Assembly: GCF_021869535.1 (NCBI RefSeq)
Contig: NW_026262582.1
Coordinates: 53,010,001 to 53,074,000 of the forward strand
Length of the DNA stretch: 64,000 nt
Source: Mytilus californianus
Lineage: Eukaryota
Direction: 5' to 3'
Shown here: in pieces, positions 25,368 to 38,140 of the stretch
How positions within the stretch are numbered: position 1 is the stretch's first letter
How the letters are laid out: every line of letters starts with the position of its first letter
Notes under the pieces: model-generated
Told to the model about the DNA's origin: nothing
The model's database searches: none
Seen by the model: only the letters and a program-made list of their open reading frames with translations
Program-made: the position numbers and the translations under genes

Positions 25368-25635
25368 GGCCGACTCTGTGACCGAGACTCGGAATGGTTT
25401 AGGTAAATCGTCTACTGTACCACTAGCCTATGAACACTGAGGTTGTGAGTTCGAAACCCTCGCGTGGCAGGTGCGTTCGATTCCAATCTGTATTAACTAG
25501 AATTGCCAGTTTTCCTACCGAATGTCGGTGGTTCTTTCCGGGCACTCCGTCTTCCTCCACCAATAAACACTGACCGCCACAAAATAGTTAATAGTGCTGA
25601 AAGTGGCGTTCAGCACCAACTATCAATCTACAATT
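25368..25635 (+). mobile_element. tRNA-derived SINE (same family as 10492-10771)
   Basis: GGTTGTGAGTTCGAAACCC (B box), CCGGGCACTCCGTCTTCCTCCACCAATAAACACTGACCGCCAC and a degenerate TCAA tail. Confidence 0.85.
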
Positions 25636-25959
25636 AAGAGTGAGGGCTTAGGCAAGTTGACGATAAACTAACAAGATTAATAAACTGCAACGAAACATTG
25701 CGAAACTATTTTCTCAAAAGACTTATAATTACCATTCAAAAACTAAGGAAAGCTTCATACATAAATTAACCAAAAACAGCTGAGTCGATTAGGTCAGCAA
25801 TGAATTCAACTGAACAGAAAATTGTGGTCTTGGGTGAAATTTATTTTCATAGATTTTTTATGCTATAAAAATATTCAAATTCGAATTCAAAGAATGTATG
25901 TCAATTATCCTCAACTTCCTTCAACTTTGTACTTTATTTGGCCTTTTAACCTTTTATTC

Positions 25960-26005
25960 GAGCTTCATTGAAGAGTCTTTTGTAGACGAAACGTGCGTCT
26001 GGCGT
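25960..26005 (+). ncRNA. Hammerhead ribozyme-like motif (retrozyme family A) with a C3U core change
   Basis: GAGCUUCA-UUGAAGA-GUC-UUUUGUA-GAC-GAAA-CGUGCG-UC-UGGCGU: stem II GUC/GAC, GAAA and the GUC site are intact, but the first core box is UUGAAGA. Confidence 0.65.
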
Positions 26006-29000
26006 ACTAAATTATAAGCCTGGCATCATTGAAGATATTTTTACTTCTTGTCTTTATATATTAAGCTTCTTTTCTTATAAGTTGACATACACAAGTTTGT
26101 TAACGTAATACTGTTCCGGAATTCGTAGAATTTCTTCGACAGAATTTAATAATAGATAAAGTCATGTTTTATTCGATAATTACACTTAGTCACCAATAGA
26201 ATATCATATGTATCAGTATTCATTTAGATTATTATACGTGATATCTTATCCTCAGACGTACACTTTAATAAAGCTATCACCAACCAGATAATTATCCACA
26301 TGTTGATTTAATTAAAACGTGATTCTATGGATCACAAGTAAACATACAATGTCACCAAGTCTATCATTATAGCTAAATGTCTCATGCATTTTTAATCAAA
26401 TGACATATGATTTTGAATATGATCTTTATGAATTGCTTTTATTCATGTTTTACAATGCTCTTGACGGTTTCATCCATCAAATCAACACACCGCTATTATT
26501 TCAAATTGTTGCTTTTTATAATATTGTATATAACGTTAGCATAATTCAATTTATAAATCTTTGCTGTTTTTTTTTTAAATGCTTTCACGTGAAATGTCGT
26601 ATTCCTTTACAGTTTTCCATAATCATCAATAAAGTAACTGATGCGCATCCCTTACAGATTTGCACTCAAAGATACAAATTAATTTATTCAATATGAAAGA
26701 CTCTGAAATAATGAAACAAGCTGTATAATGAAGATCATAACGTTCCCTTTTACTTTCAACATGTTTTAAGATTAAAGATTAGAAAAAATGACTATGAATT
26801 AAGTTCTTCTCAGATACAGTTTTTCTAACTTGGCCAAATGTAGACCGACATTGTTGAATTGAGCATTTATTACCTGAACATCTTTTGAGAGGACTATCTA
26901 CATTATGTTGTCAATTATAACTTGTTATTGGAACATTTTTCAATTTACCCAAATCACGACTTAATCGAGTGTTGATGTTATCAGAAGTCGATCTCAGAGA
27001 TCAACACTCCGCTACTGTCAAACGTCATAAATGCGATCTTTTCCTGTATATTTATTGTTCATGAAAAATTTAAACGCATGTGAATGTACAATGCACATAG
27101 ACTGATTAAAGATGACCATTCTGATAAAGCACACATTTTTGGAATTTTTGGTTTTCAATACTTTTAAATTTTGTAATATATTTGGCCGTCCAACCGTTTT
27201 ATTCTGTATGAATAAACGGGGCTGGTGTACTAACTTATAAGCCTGGTATATTTGATGTTTTTTTTATTCCGGAGTCCAGCATATATATGTCAAGATTCGT
27301 AGTTGTATGACCTGGTCCTTTCTGATTAATATTCATATCTATTCTAATATACGCCAAAACATGATAAAGGCAGTCAAAGGTAATAAAGTAACATTGCACT
27401 TTGCATAAATGTAACCATTATCATAAATTAAACTTCAGAACAAATAACAAAGGAAAATCTATCGCCTAGCTTAAGTGTTTACCTACCAATAACACTGTAA
27501 ATGGTCATGTATATATGAATGGTTTACTCTGTTTATAAAGATTAAAATATATTCCGTTTATGATTGGTTTACTATTTTTGTTGATAATTTATTGGAGACA
27601 AGTATCATACACTAATATTATTGATTTACAAATAAATTTCTCTTTTTTTCAAATGTTCTTAGTCATATTTATCCTTCTCTAGAACATCCCAATGGTAATA
27701 TAGAGCAATAGAAAACAGGAAGTAGGTGTCTGACAGATCCGAAAAATTCCGACACTTTACAACTCATCGCTACAATGCCGCTGACTAAAACGAAGTCATT
27801 CTGTTCAGTAGCAGTTGAGAAAAGAGTGTCGAAAATTCTAAAGTTTATTCAACATATTGGAACAGGAAGTAGGTGGAGAGGGAAAAAAAAAGAAACTAAA
27901 ATGTCAAAAAGCATAAAAGCGAAAAAGGCATAAGCAAAATAGGTTTGACTGTCTTTGAGCATCTCTGCCTCAGAAAAATTGGAATCTTAATTTAAGTATT
28001 ATTCCACAATTTTATTTACTTAAAACGTACAAACATAATGTATCATAAATTTGATAAAAATGAAAATATCCTTATTTAAAATATTCAAACAACCTTTTCA
28101 TAAGTATAAGGGTGTTTTTTCCCTAAAATATAACCACACTTCATCATGTTTAGACTTCACCACATTTTTTTCATTTTCATTTATCTTCTTTACCAGCCTT
28201 AAAGTATGGTTTTATTTTGCATATTCTACAATTATTCTATTCTATAAGGTTTTGTATTGTTGTATAATAATAGATTTAATAAGTAACTTGTATAAAAAAA
28301 TTCAAATTCTTCTTCTGGTAATTTCATTTTGTTGCAGAATATTTTAGCAATTGGGAATTATCTCGCTTTGTGAAAATATTGCATTTTCATAATATGAGAC
28401 CTAATCTTTCAGAACTCTTACAAAATATTCTACAGGACATGTCACAAAAAGTATAATAAAATCAAAATACTGTTGGAAATATTTCATAAGGAAAGCCAAT
28501 GATATTACTCCTCCATGTTAACCGATAATAATCATAAAACATGTAACCAGAATCGTAAAGTACAATTTACTCTTACTGATTAATTCACTATCACATAAAA
28601 CAGTACAATTACAGATAACATAGGATCGATAACATCGTGTTTGGAAAAATAAATAAATGTGAATATGCATTTTTACGAGTGTCTTTCTTTATTGGTTTGA
28701 TATGCTTTGGAAATGATGATTGTAATTCAAACTATATGATCCTTCAAAAATGTCCTTTTGGCGTTAAACAATTATTGATATAAAAGTTTATAATTATACA
28801 ATTTTTGTGAAATGATTGCACCTTGCATGTTTTTTTTTCTGGTCAATATTAATTGTCTTATTAATAGTTTGACATACAACTAAAATTGTCTTTCCTGTGT
28901 TGCAAATTTACTTTGGGCATCGCTCAACACTGTGTTTTCTGCAATATTTATAGTTTTACTGTATGAAAATTAATTGCAGCAATGGGGTGCAGCGGCCGAT

Positions 29001-30038
29001 GATGAATCATAGGAATACAAAATTTATTTATCAACAAATTAACTAATTTGAGCACACTTTGAAAGAATATGAACATTCTAAAGTACATTACTTTTCACTA
29101 TTGTTTCATTTGTGCTTGCCTTTTTGTAGTCTGTTATATATACTTCATAAATTAAGTGCCGAGTTTTTTTTTATTGTAATTATGTTATGCACCTGTCGTT
29201 ATTAAATTAGTCGAGATAAAGGAGAGATGTTTAGTGCGAAAAATAAATTAATTAACGCCTTCACCCTAGATTGTCAATATGTCTGTAGCATGTTAGAAAC
29301 CTCGACCGTGTTATTGTATCTCGATGTTATAGTCCATCACGACAGTAAGTCTATTTGTATTTTGTCTACACTCACCCGATTTAGATTTTAAAATATATGG
29401 TATATAATATTGTGTATTGTTGAATCTTTCGAAGCGCTTTCCTTGAAATATACATTACCGTCAAATTTTAATGTACTTCCAAGTTTCTTCAAAAATAAAG
29501 ACCAATTATCAAAAATATTTGACCTGGATTGACACCTGGCTCTGACTGCCCAAAAATCAGATGATAAAGCTATGACATATAACAACGAACAACACCTGGT
29601 CCAGATAGCCTGACATGGTAAATGCACAACATATGTTTGCGATAAATCAGTTTTACGGGGGCATATTTTATGCAGTATAGTAGGGAGTTATACTGGTTTA
29701 ACCCAACCAAGTATTGGTATTGTGCCTTTTCCATATCAGGCTATCTGTACCATATGTTGCAATTGTTGTTTGTCTTCATTTTTATATTTTACGTGGACAC
29801 AAACATAAAATTATGTTTTTATGTAGACAATATGTCGTAAAATTAAAACATATATTATGAATTGTAAGTTTGTTACCCTCAGCCTTAGAAGTCTTATGTG
29901 GTTTGAAAGCTGTTTTATTGTAGACTTTTTAACCATGTTTGCATATAAAGTGTATGTGCGCTTTTAACCTTTTTTTTCGTTTTTTTTCAATAAAATATGT
30001 ATTATTTAATATTTTATATATTAACAGGTATAAATTAA

Positions 30039-30452
30039 ATGGAGTTAACAACTTTAGGATGTGTACTTACTATCACACACTGTGCACTTATCTTAGCCTT
30101 ACCACGTGATTATCATCGGATAGAAAATATACCGATCGGCAAGTTCGCAGATATCATAGAAAATATTAGAAATATAGAATCAAAACAGGAGTCAAAATCT
30201 TCAGATATATCGCACCGGAATATTCAGGATGAAAATACATATGTTGGTTTGTTTTTGCCACTTGAAGACTCAATAAACCAGAAAACCTCTTTGCCAGACC
30301 TAGAAAGTATAGAAAAAAGACAAGGAGACTGGGACGTAGACTATGGACTTGGAGGTGGCAGATGGGGAAAGAGATCATATGTTTTAGGAGCTAGTAATAT
30401 GAGAGTCGTTCGCGATGTGGATCATGTCGACCCATTGAATCCAGAGGATTAA
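30039..30452 (+). CDS. CCK: Cholecystokinin/sulfakinin-type (molluscan CCK/SK) neuropeptide precursor, 137 aa
   Basis: Hydrophobic ~20-aa signal peptide; KR-QGDWDVDYGLGGGRW-G-KR (dibasic sites, amide-donor Gly, N-terminal Gln); C-terminal R-DVDHV tail. The DYGLGGGR(F/W)-amide motif is the lophotrochozoan CCK/SK signature (oyster CCK1 pQGAWDYDYGLGGGRF-NH2). There is a splice acceptor TTAACAG at 30021-30027 just upstream and a strong Kozak context TAAATGG. Confidence 0.93.
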   Translation: MELTTLGCVLTITHCALILALPRDYHRIENIPIGKFADIIENIRNIESKQESKSSDISHRNIQDENTYVGLFLPLEDSINQKTSLPDLESIEKRQGDWDVDYGLGGGRWGKRSYVLGASNMRVVRDVDHVDPLNPED

Positions 30453-32907
30453 GTAGACAACTTTGGAAAAAAATATTAATTAAACATAACACTGAAGGAT
30501 TTTAAAAGTTACTATTGTTCTTGAACTTTTATTGGTATTTACAGAATATGCAATTTTGGATGACCAATTCTATCTGTAGATATATATTTTTGTCACATAG
30601 CTAAATATTTTCCTAGACGATATTTGTGCTTTTTATCACAGTGATTGATAGCAGCAGTTTTTCCTTGTCAAAGAACTCTATTCCATACTGCATAAAATTG
30701 GATGCTTTTTCTCTTGTTTGTTTAGTGTCTATTATGCAAGAGTACATTTTGGAGCTGTATAAATTACACAAACATGCACAATAAGAAGACATATAACTGT
30801 ATACCAGGACCTAAAACACTTTGTTAATTTGTTTAGACTTTGACTTTAACATCAAGGGAATTGTTCGATGTAACCCAAGTTAAGTTTTTTAAGTTATGAT
30901 ATTGTACTTAAACAAAGGGTGGATCTCCTTAAGGCAAAATCTGGTTTTTGATGTTTGGCTGCACTGGTTAAATGTTTAGTTTTTTATACTAGAAACGCTG
31001 TCAGGGCATATCTGAGGACGGTTTGTTCCGATATAATGGCTTATATGCTTGGGTGATGGATAACGGTATAATGATGGAAAGATAAAAACTATGTTTCGTA
31101 TAAGCAAAAACAAAATAAACTTTGTATGCATGAATCGTCTTAATGTGGTATTATGAGATTCACAGTGTGCTAGTACCCTAATACGATTAATACGGGATCA
31201 ATAAATTCAAAACATGTTAACGAGTCTATCTATATTAAACGGATACTCGCTGTCCTGAAATTTTCTGCTGAAGTTGTCCTTTGTGACATGTAAACGCATG
31301 GATGATATGTTAACATTGGAATAAACAATCGGTCTCATTATCCAAGCACAAGGAGCGTTTTCGTTATCTTTTTCGATGCTATTTTCGTTGTTCGCAAAGT
31401 TAATATCTTGTAAACAAGCTATATTTTCTTATTTTTTTACAATTTACTATCTTTTGTAAATTTTCATCAAAAGAAATTTAGTATACCTCAATTCTTTTCA
31501 AATTATATAGTTACTGTTTGCTCATGCGTATTAAATAATGAATACATTATATTCATTTAGGCTATTCCGGAACAAACGTTATAACATAAACGGTACCAAT
31601 TTTTCTGCACCAGTTGCGCATTTCGACAATAAATGTCTCTTTAGTGATGCTCGGGGTCAAAATATTTGAAAATCCAAAGCTTATTAAAAAGATGAATAGC
31701 TATAATCCAAAAAGGTACAAAAAGTATAACCAAAGCCGGGCAAGGAATCAGAGCTTTGCATGAGGGAGATACATTCCTTTATTTAAAATATTTTCTAACA
31801 TTTTGTAACAGCAATATGTTTCTTGCAAATAGTCAAGTTTTAGTAGAACTCTTACAAAACTTTATAACCCAGTTAGGCCCGTGTACAAGTGAATCCAGTC
31901 CGAAGACAACTCGGACCATCCACAATAAAGACAAATCGGACGGTCTATAAAGACATGTAGAACCCAAGGCATGATAAAATGTGAATAAATTCAAACGACA
32001 AAATCAGATAAATGACCTTTATACTAAAACAATAAGCCAAATCAAATTTAATATATTGCATGCAGCAACCACTAATTTACTTGACACAGGTACATACAGG
32101 ATATGGCGTTCTTTTTTTGAACGCACAATATTCTCCCTGACCAGGTGTAACAGCTATACAGTCTGTAAAATTCAATTGGAAAAAACTTTACTTATCTGAT
32201 TGATATCGAAACATTTACTTAGCTAACAAAGTGACAACAGAATTAAAGCACCGATCTGAGCGACTAACAGTTACTGAAACTATAAATGAAAGCTCTATAC
32301 AACTAACAAACAAGTCATGTTTTTCCAGACTTACATATAAACCAGTTAACATCCAAGGGAATTAGAGCAAAGACGTCATAAACAGCCTAAATACAGCATG
32401 ACATTATACAATGCAAAAATATACAAGTATCGGCATGATAAAAGCCAAAAGGTGTTTATAACTGAATAACAATACACAATTTCCATTCTCAATTCTACAA
32501 TATCAAGTTATGTTTTAATCTAATGAAAACGAAATCAATGTAAGTAAGCATATCTCTTGCATCTAACTGTAAATAAAATGGAATTGTTTTTTTTTTTTTA
32601 TTTAAAACGAGACATTTTTTATCAAAGGTAAATCACATTACACAATAATGTAACAAAATGTACTTTTCTCACATCTGTTAATACGAATTAAGTATCCTGA
32701 CATTTTGCTGGAATATACTTCTTTCTTAAGATGGTCACGTGACAGAGATAAATTTGGCAGATAAAAATGTAAAACAATTGTTGTTTTTTTTTTTCAGATA
32801 AGAGTACATTGTCATTGTGAAATTCAAACTCGGAAATTTTTTTAATTTAAATAAATTGTGCAGTTTAATCCCAATGTATTGTCACATTTACCAATTATGT
32901 CTGTTTG

Positions 32908-33261
32908 TGTTGCTCGACCAATTTTGTCACTATAACAAAATTATAAACAACAATCATACAAGTGGAAGGTTAAGCTAGCTACAATACCAGATTTAATCCA
33001 CCGTTTTCTTCGGAAAATGGCTGTATGAAGTGAGGAATAAGACAGACTATTTTGAACGTGTTGATAATAAAGGCGAGTAATGGCCATAAACTCAAGAACG
33101 TCTTCAAAGTTTTGTAAGCTTTACTTGGAGTCAATGCTATACATAGAGACGTCGGCAAGTGACGACGTTGCGGGCCTGTTGTTACGTAAAATGGCGCTAA
33201 AACGTTAACCAAATAAAAGAGTATAAAATAGACTGAACTGAAACTTAACTAATTCGCAACA
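32908..33261 (-). repeat. 3' LTR of the BEL/Pao element (~354 bp)
   Basis: Follows GCGGCCCCCAGAA downstream of the integrase. It has TGTTGC...GCAACA inverted ends, and 33185-33261 is repeated at 36457-36529. The left boundary is inferred from the inverted hexamer. Confidence 0.7.
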
Positions 33262-33342
33262 TTCTGGGGGCCGCAAAATACATTTACTGTTCATGTATGG
33301 TTCAAAAAAGGGTATTGAAAAACCAGTTTAACCAATTACAGT

Positions 33343-36300
33343 TCATATTTCCAGTGGCACCAGTTTCACAATTGACCTCGTTGTAATCAGTCCATTTGAT
33401 GTACGAAGTTTGACTGCTCTCACTACTCCATCATTCCCGGTGTTCACATCTTCTATAGCTGCTATTTTCCACATCCTTTTCGATGAATTGTCCATGATTT
33501 GTACGACGGAACCGACTTTCACATGCGTGCTTTGGTCTCCGGCGACGCGATGAAATTCTCTTAATCCGGTGAGGTATTCCATTCTCCATCGTTTTGCAAA
33601 GTGTTCAATTAAAGTTACTTTATGGTTCAAACGTTTGTTCGCTTCTGTGGAATTTAAGTTCGAATTATTGTCCTCTGAATTGAAATTCAGCTTGTGATCA
33701 TCTTCTTCCCTGTAGTAGATGTGACAGCGTCAGCGGCTCTAGATCTCGGATGTCGGACGACACATACGTAATCGGACGATCGTTTATTACACGTTCGATT
33801 TCGATTAAAATTGTTCGTAGTACGTCAGAATTGACTTGTGATTTTCCGAGCACTTTTTTCAATGTCGTTTTCGTAATTCCAATAAGTCTCTCCCACCAAC
33901 AATCGTACCACAGTGCTGCTTTCGGAATAAATTTCCAATTAATTTGAATGTTCATTTCCATCAGGATGTCATGTGAAGCGGAAACGAAGGTTGGCGCGTT
34001 GTCGGAATACATGTTACTAGGAATTCCTCTTCTTCTAACGATTCGTCTAAACGCTAATTTGAATGACTCGATTGTAAGATCTGTAACAAGTTCTAGATGT
34101 ACGGCACGAATACACGCACATGTGAATTAGCAAATATACGTTTTCGTCATAAGTCCATTTTTCTTAACGAAGAATGGTTCAGCGAAATCAACACCAGTTG
34201 TCGTAAACGGAATCATGTCGGTGACTGTATCCTTTGGTAGCGGAGGTGAAATTTGCTGTGGAAACGCTTTTCCTGCTACTTTTCGGCACGTTACACATTT
34301 CTGTACGATGTGGTTCATGCACTGTCTAATAGACCGTATCCAATATGATTGGCGAATTTGTGTTATTGTTAGTCCAGCTCCTGAATGTAACATCTGCAGG
34401 TGCGCGTCCAATATGATTAAGTCCATAAATTCATTTTTCTTCAGTAACAAAACTGATAATTTTGCAGAGTCGTCTAACTGTGAATTGTGTATGCGCCCGG
34501 CGCATCGAATGACACCTTCTGTGTCCATGAACAAGCGCAATTGTCTTACTAAAGGTAAATTCTTGTCCTGTGACGGATTCGCGAGTTGCTCCTTTTCCTT
34601 ACTGATTTTTTCATTCTGAATGTCTATAATCCACGTACTAGGTGCGTGCTCGATTTCATCTTTCGTAATATGTTTTTCATGCCTAAAATTTTTCCTCAGA
34701 TTATACGGTCGCTTACTTTTACATTGATTCACAAATTTCAACACGTAGCATGTACCTCGTAGTAACTTATTCAATGACGAGAATCTTGATAAATCGATTA
34801 TTTTCGAAATTCCATTCAATACACACGGTTTCATCTTTTCGCTGTAATCTGTTGTCGTCAACAAAAGAGTCTCTTGTTTCACTTGCGGGGTCCACATAGG
34901 CCAACTGTTCTCATCCGATATCCATGACGGTCCTTGCATCCACAGAGTCAAATCTTTGAATTGCGTTGATGGTATTCCTCGAGTTTAAAGATCGGCTGGA
35001 TTTGATTCAGTTAGTACTTATTTCCAGTCGTAATTTTGTGTCGTTTTTTTAATTTTTAGCACTCGATTTTGAACAAACCTTCCAAAATTTTTTGAAGATG
35101 AAATCCAAAGCAGTACGATCTGACTGTCACTCCATAATACTGTGCTCTGTGGTTTCAGGGTTTTCGTGGGTTGTTAAGCCATTCGAACTCCTATTACTGC
35201 GGCCATTAATTCTAGCTTTGGTAATGTCATTTAAGCGAGCGGAGCTATCCGTTTTTTCGCAATTACGAGAGAAGAAGTGTTTCCTTTACACAAGTAGGCA
35301 CTGGCTCCATAAGCGCGTTGGCTGGCATCAACAAAGACATGCAGTGTTATTTTCTCGTTGCTTTCGTTCTCATTTTGATTGGTAAAATAATGGCGTGCGA
35401 TTTTCGTATTAACGGTAACATCTCTAATGTCATCTAGGATTTCACACCATGATTTAACTATGTTGCTAGGTAACACCTGGTCCCAATCGTATCCCTCTTT
35501 CCATCTTGTTTGTATTAGTAACTTAGCTCTTACAGTCACTGGTCCAAGAAATTCGAGTGGGTCGTAAATTGAAGACGATTTTTGCAAGACTTCTCTCTTT
35601 GTTGCTTGTGAGTTGTCAATATCTATATCATCTTTATTTTGTTTCGCAAATATCAATCTGTCTGACTTTGCATCCCAACGCATTCCAGGAATTTTCGTCT
35701 CGCTATCCTTGTCAAGTACGTTTGCCTTTGTAGCTTCATCGCTAAGTTGATTGCTATTATACTTCCATGTTCTCAAATTGAATCCTGCATTTGTCATGAG
35801 TTCTCCGGATTCTTCAAAGAAATTTAAGGCGGCTTCTTCCGTATCAACACTTGTAAGTACGTTGTCTACATACAAATCACGCTTGAGTATTTCAGCAGTA
35901 GTACTTTTAACCTTCGATAAATGTTTCAATAATGTAGCGTTAAGAATAAATGGCGAACATGTCGCTCCGAATAGAATTACCGTGAATCTATAAATCGCAA
36001 GTCCACTCTCGGGGTTGCTTGGAATTCTAAGCCAGAAAAATCGGAAGGAATCGAGGTCTTCTTCGTCTAATCCAATCTGGAGAAATGCTTTCTCAATATC
36101 GGTTGTCGAGGCTTATTTCCCGTAGCGGAATCTTGTAAGTATATCGGCTAGCTTATTAAGCTGTGGAGGTGTAGAAGAAAGGCAATCATTCAAGCTGGGC
36201 GATTCTGAATCTTGGCGACAACTGCAATTATAAACTATACGTATCGGTGTAGTCGATGAATCTTTTTTCACTGGGTGGTGCGGAATATAATGCATTCGGT

Positions 36301-36372
36301 TAACAGTCTCATCCGGGGTCCCAACCTTCTCGATAAAACCTCTATTTTCATGGTCGTTGATAATGTCACCGT
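33343..36372 (-). pseudogene. BEL/Pao pol: RT, Pao RNase H, integrase and C-terminal DUF5641-like region (frameshifted)
   Basis: HYIPHHPVKKDSSTTPIRIVYNCS...SLNDCL, DIEKAFLQIGL, DLYVDNV, LHVFVDASQRAYGA, LHSG...CVTC, TGVDFAEP, YSDNAPTF, WWERLIG, VISPFDV-strand SIVKLVPLEI. Confidence 0.95.
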
Positions 36373-36458
36373 GGAAGCTATCAAACCAAGAGTTCCAAAT
36401 GGTGAAGTTGAAATCATCCCTTCGTAAATTTTACGGACGTCATCATGAGTTGGTTGAC
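36373..36458 (+). other. ~86-bp PLE-B RT fragment filling the BEL deletion junction
   Basis: GGAAGCTATCAAACCAAGAGTTCC...GAGTTGGTTGAC matches 58177-58261 with 3 substitutions. Confidence 0.92.
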
Positions 36459-36529
36459 GTAAAATGGCGCTAAAACGTTAACCAAATAAAAGAGTACAAA
36501 ATAGACTGAAACTTAACTAATTCACAACA
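36457..36529 (-). repeat. Remnant (first ~73 bp) of the BEL 5' LTR
   Basis: ACGTAAAATGGCGCTAAAACGTTAACCAAATAAAAGAGTA...AATTCACAACA, matching 33185-33261. Confidence 0.9.
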
Positions 36530-36949
36530 CAGACGTTTTCCCTTCGCTGTGTTGATTAATTGAGTCTAACGTGTGATTTTATCAGTTATTTTGGACTTCC
36601 TTCATTTTGAATTCATCATGGAATTCGTTATTTTTGTTAATACTTTTTATCAGTATCATACGTTTGTATACTAAAATTATGACATACAATTGTGTTCTAT
36701 ATCTATATCTATAACTTTCTATAGATATTGAGGTGTACATGTACATCGCAACGGTTGCAATTCATTTTGGAACTTTGAGGTAAGGAGCAGCAACACAAAC
36801 ACTGTCATTTTTCTTTAGGTTTTGTCAAACAGGTGTACGGATTTTGTGCCATGACTAAATGCACCATATCCCTTCCGTTCCATTGGATTTAATATTTAAC
36901 GGTATTCATCTCTGGTTATACTGATTTCAGAATTTTTGGTATAGTTTTG

Positions 36950-37150
36950 GACAAAAGAGAGGCGAATGATACCAGAGAGACATTCAACCTCTTAGGCCGA
37001 AAATAAACTGACAACGCCATGGCTAAAATAGAAGAAGACAAACAACAGTACACAAAACACAACATAGAAAACTAAAGACTGAACAACACGAACCTCAGCC
37101 AAAACTGGGGGTGAACTCTGGTGCTCCAGAAGGGTAAGCAAATCCTGCTC
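36950..37150 (-). mobile_element. 5'-truncated 3' end of PLE-B
   Basis: AAAAGAGAGGCGAATGATACCAGA ... GGGGGTGAACTCTGGTGCTCCAGAAGGGTAAGCAAATCCTGCTCCACATGT is the reverse complement of 58405-58835 features. Confidence 0.8.
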
Positions 37151-37554
37151 CACATGTCAACATATCAACAAAATTATTCCCAAAATTGAGCAGGATTGAC
37201 TTGGCATTAACTTCGGCTTTTCCACTGAACTAAAAAAAAAAGAAAGATTGATATGCAAATCAAATGCCAGAAAAAGTCAAAATGTTATTGATTACTGAAG
37301 AAACATACTGTAACAAATGCGTGGTGAAGTACTTATACATCCCTGGCTTTTAATTTTTATTTTTTTAGCGTAAAAAAATGCTTTAGACGCAAAAAACTGT
37401 TAAAGTAATATTTTCAATGATACGAGTACATCATAGTCCCATAATCTTTTGCAGTAATTTTCCTTTCCTTCTACTTTGGATGACGTAGATACATGTTCTT
37501 CAGAAAAAAAAAGGTTAAAACGTGTAGTGAATCAATTGTAAAAATAATTAAAAA

Positions 37555-38140
37555 AATAAGGAGATGCAGTATGATTACCAATGAGAGAACTATTCACAAA
37601 ACACCTAATACATAGAAGTAAACTAAGGATCACCGTATGGTCTCAACGTGGAGAAAAATCAATTCCTTATTGTTAAATATAAAAATCCAAGGGATAACAA
37701 AATATGAAACAATTCAAAAGAGTAAACCAACGGTACTATCATATGTAACGAAAAAAACAACATTTGAGACAGAGAGAAACCAACAAAAACAGCTAGAGTT
37801 CAGGCTGCTGGCTTTGAACAGGGACATACAGAATGTGACGGGTTTTAACCTTTTATGATGACTTTACCCTCCCCTAACTGTGAAGTAAACATAAGAACAA
37901 ACTGAACAAACTCATGCTTGATAGAGCTTGACTCATCAGATAAGTACTAAGCACAAAAAGCACAAAAAGGCTAGCAAAAGGACAACAGACACAAGGTACC
38001 AATCTAAAAATACTTTCAGTTACCGAAAGTTTGCCTAAAGTTCAATTTCAATTAATAAATAGACCATTCGTTATCAGACTTAAGTATCAATCAGTACACC
38101 TCAAAATGTTATGTCTTCATAAGTAAAACCTTGTGGAGCG
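37555..38140 (-). mobile_element. Old 5'-truncated copy of the PLE-A 3' module reaching the SECIS region
   Basis: Shared end GGAGATGCAGTATGATTACCAATGAGA. The distal part on the minus strand reads GTGTACTGATTGAT...AGTCT, as in 41386-41409. Confidence 0.65.

Larger units (their letters stand above)
32908..36529 (-). mobile_element. BEL/Pao LTR retrotransposon, internally deleted
   Basis: pol remnants run from 36372 down to 33343. The 3' LTR starts TGTTGCGAA at 33261 and the 5' LTR remnant starts TGTTGTGAA at 36529. No matching TSD was found. Confidence 0.93.

Noticed and set aside
26968-27009. Hairpin GAGTGTTGAT...ATCAACACTC as a pre-miRNA or Helitron end
   Set aside because: It has only 10 contiguous pairs, which is too short for a pre-miRNA, and there is no CTAG terminus nearby.
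27710-27880. Paired AACAGGAAGTAGGTG (ETS-like) sites as a CCK enhancer
   Set aside because: The motif is also typical of interspersed repeats, and function cannot be supported from sequence alone.
29520-29600. E-box cluster upstream of the CCK exon
   Set aside because: There are only two CACCTG hexamers, which is not beyond chance.
31190-31420. ~70-codon open stretch on the minus strand downstream of CCK
   Set aside because: There is no recognisable homology, convincing splice sites or start context.
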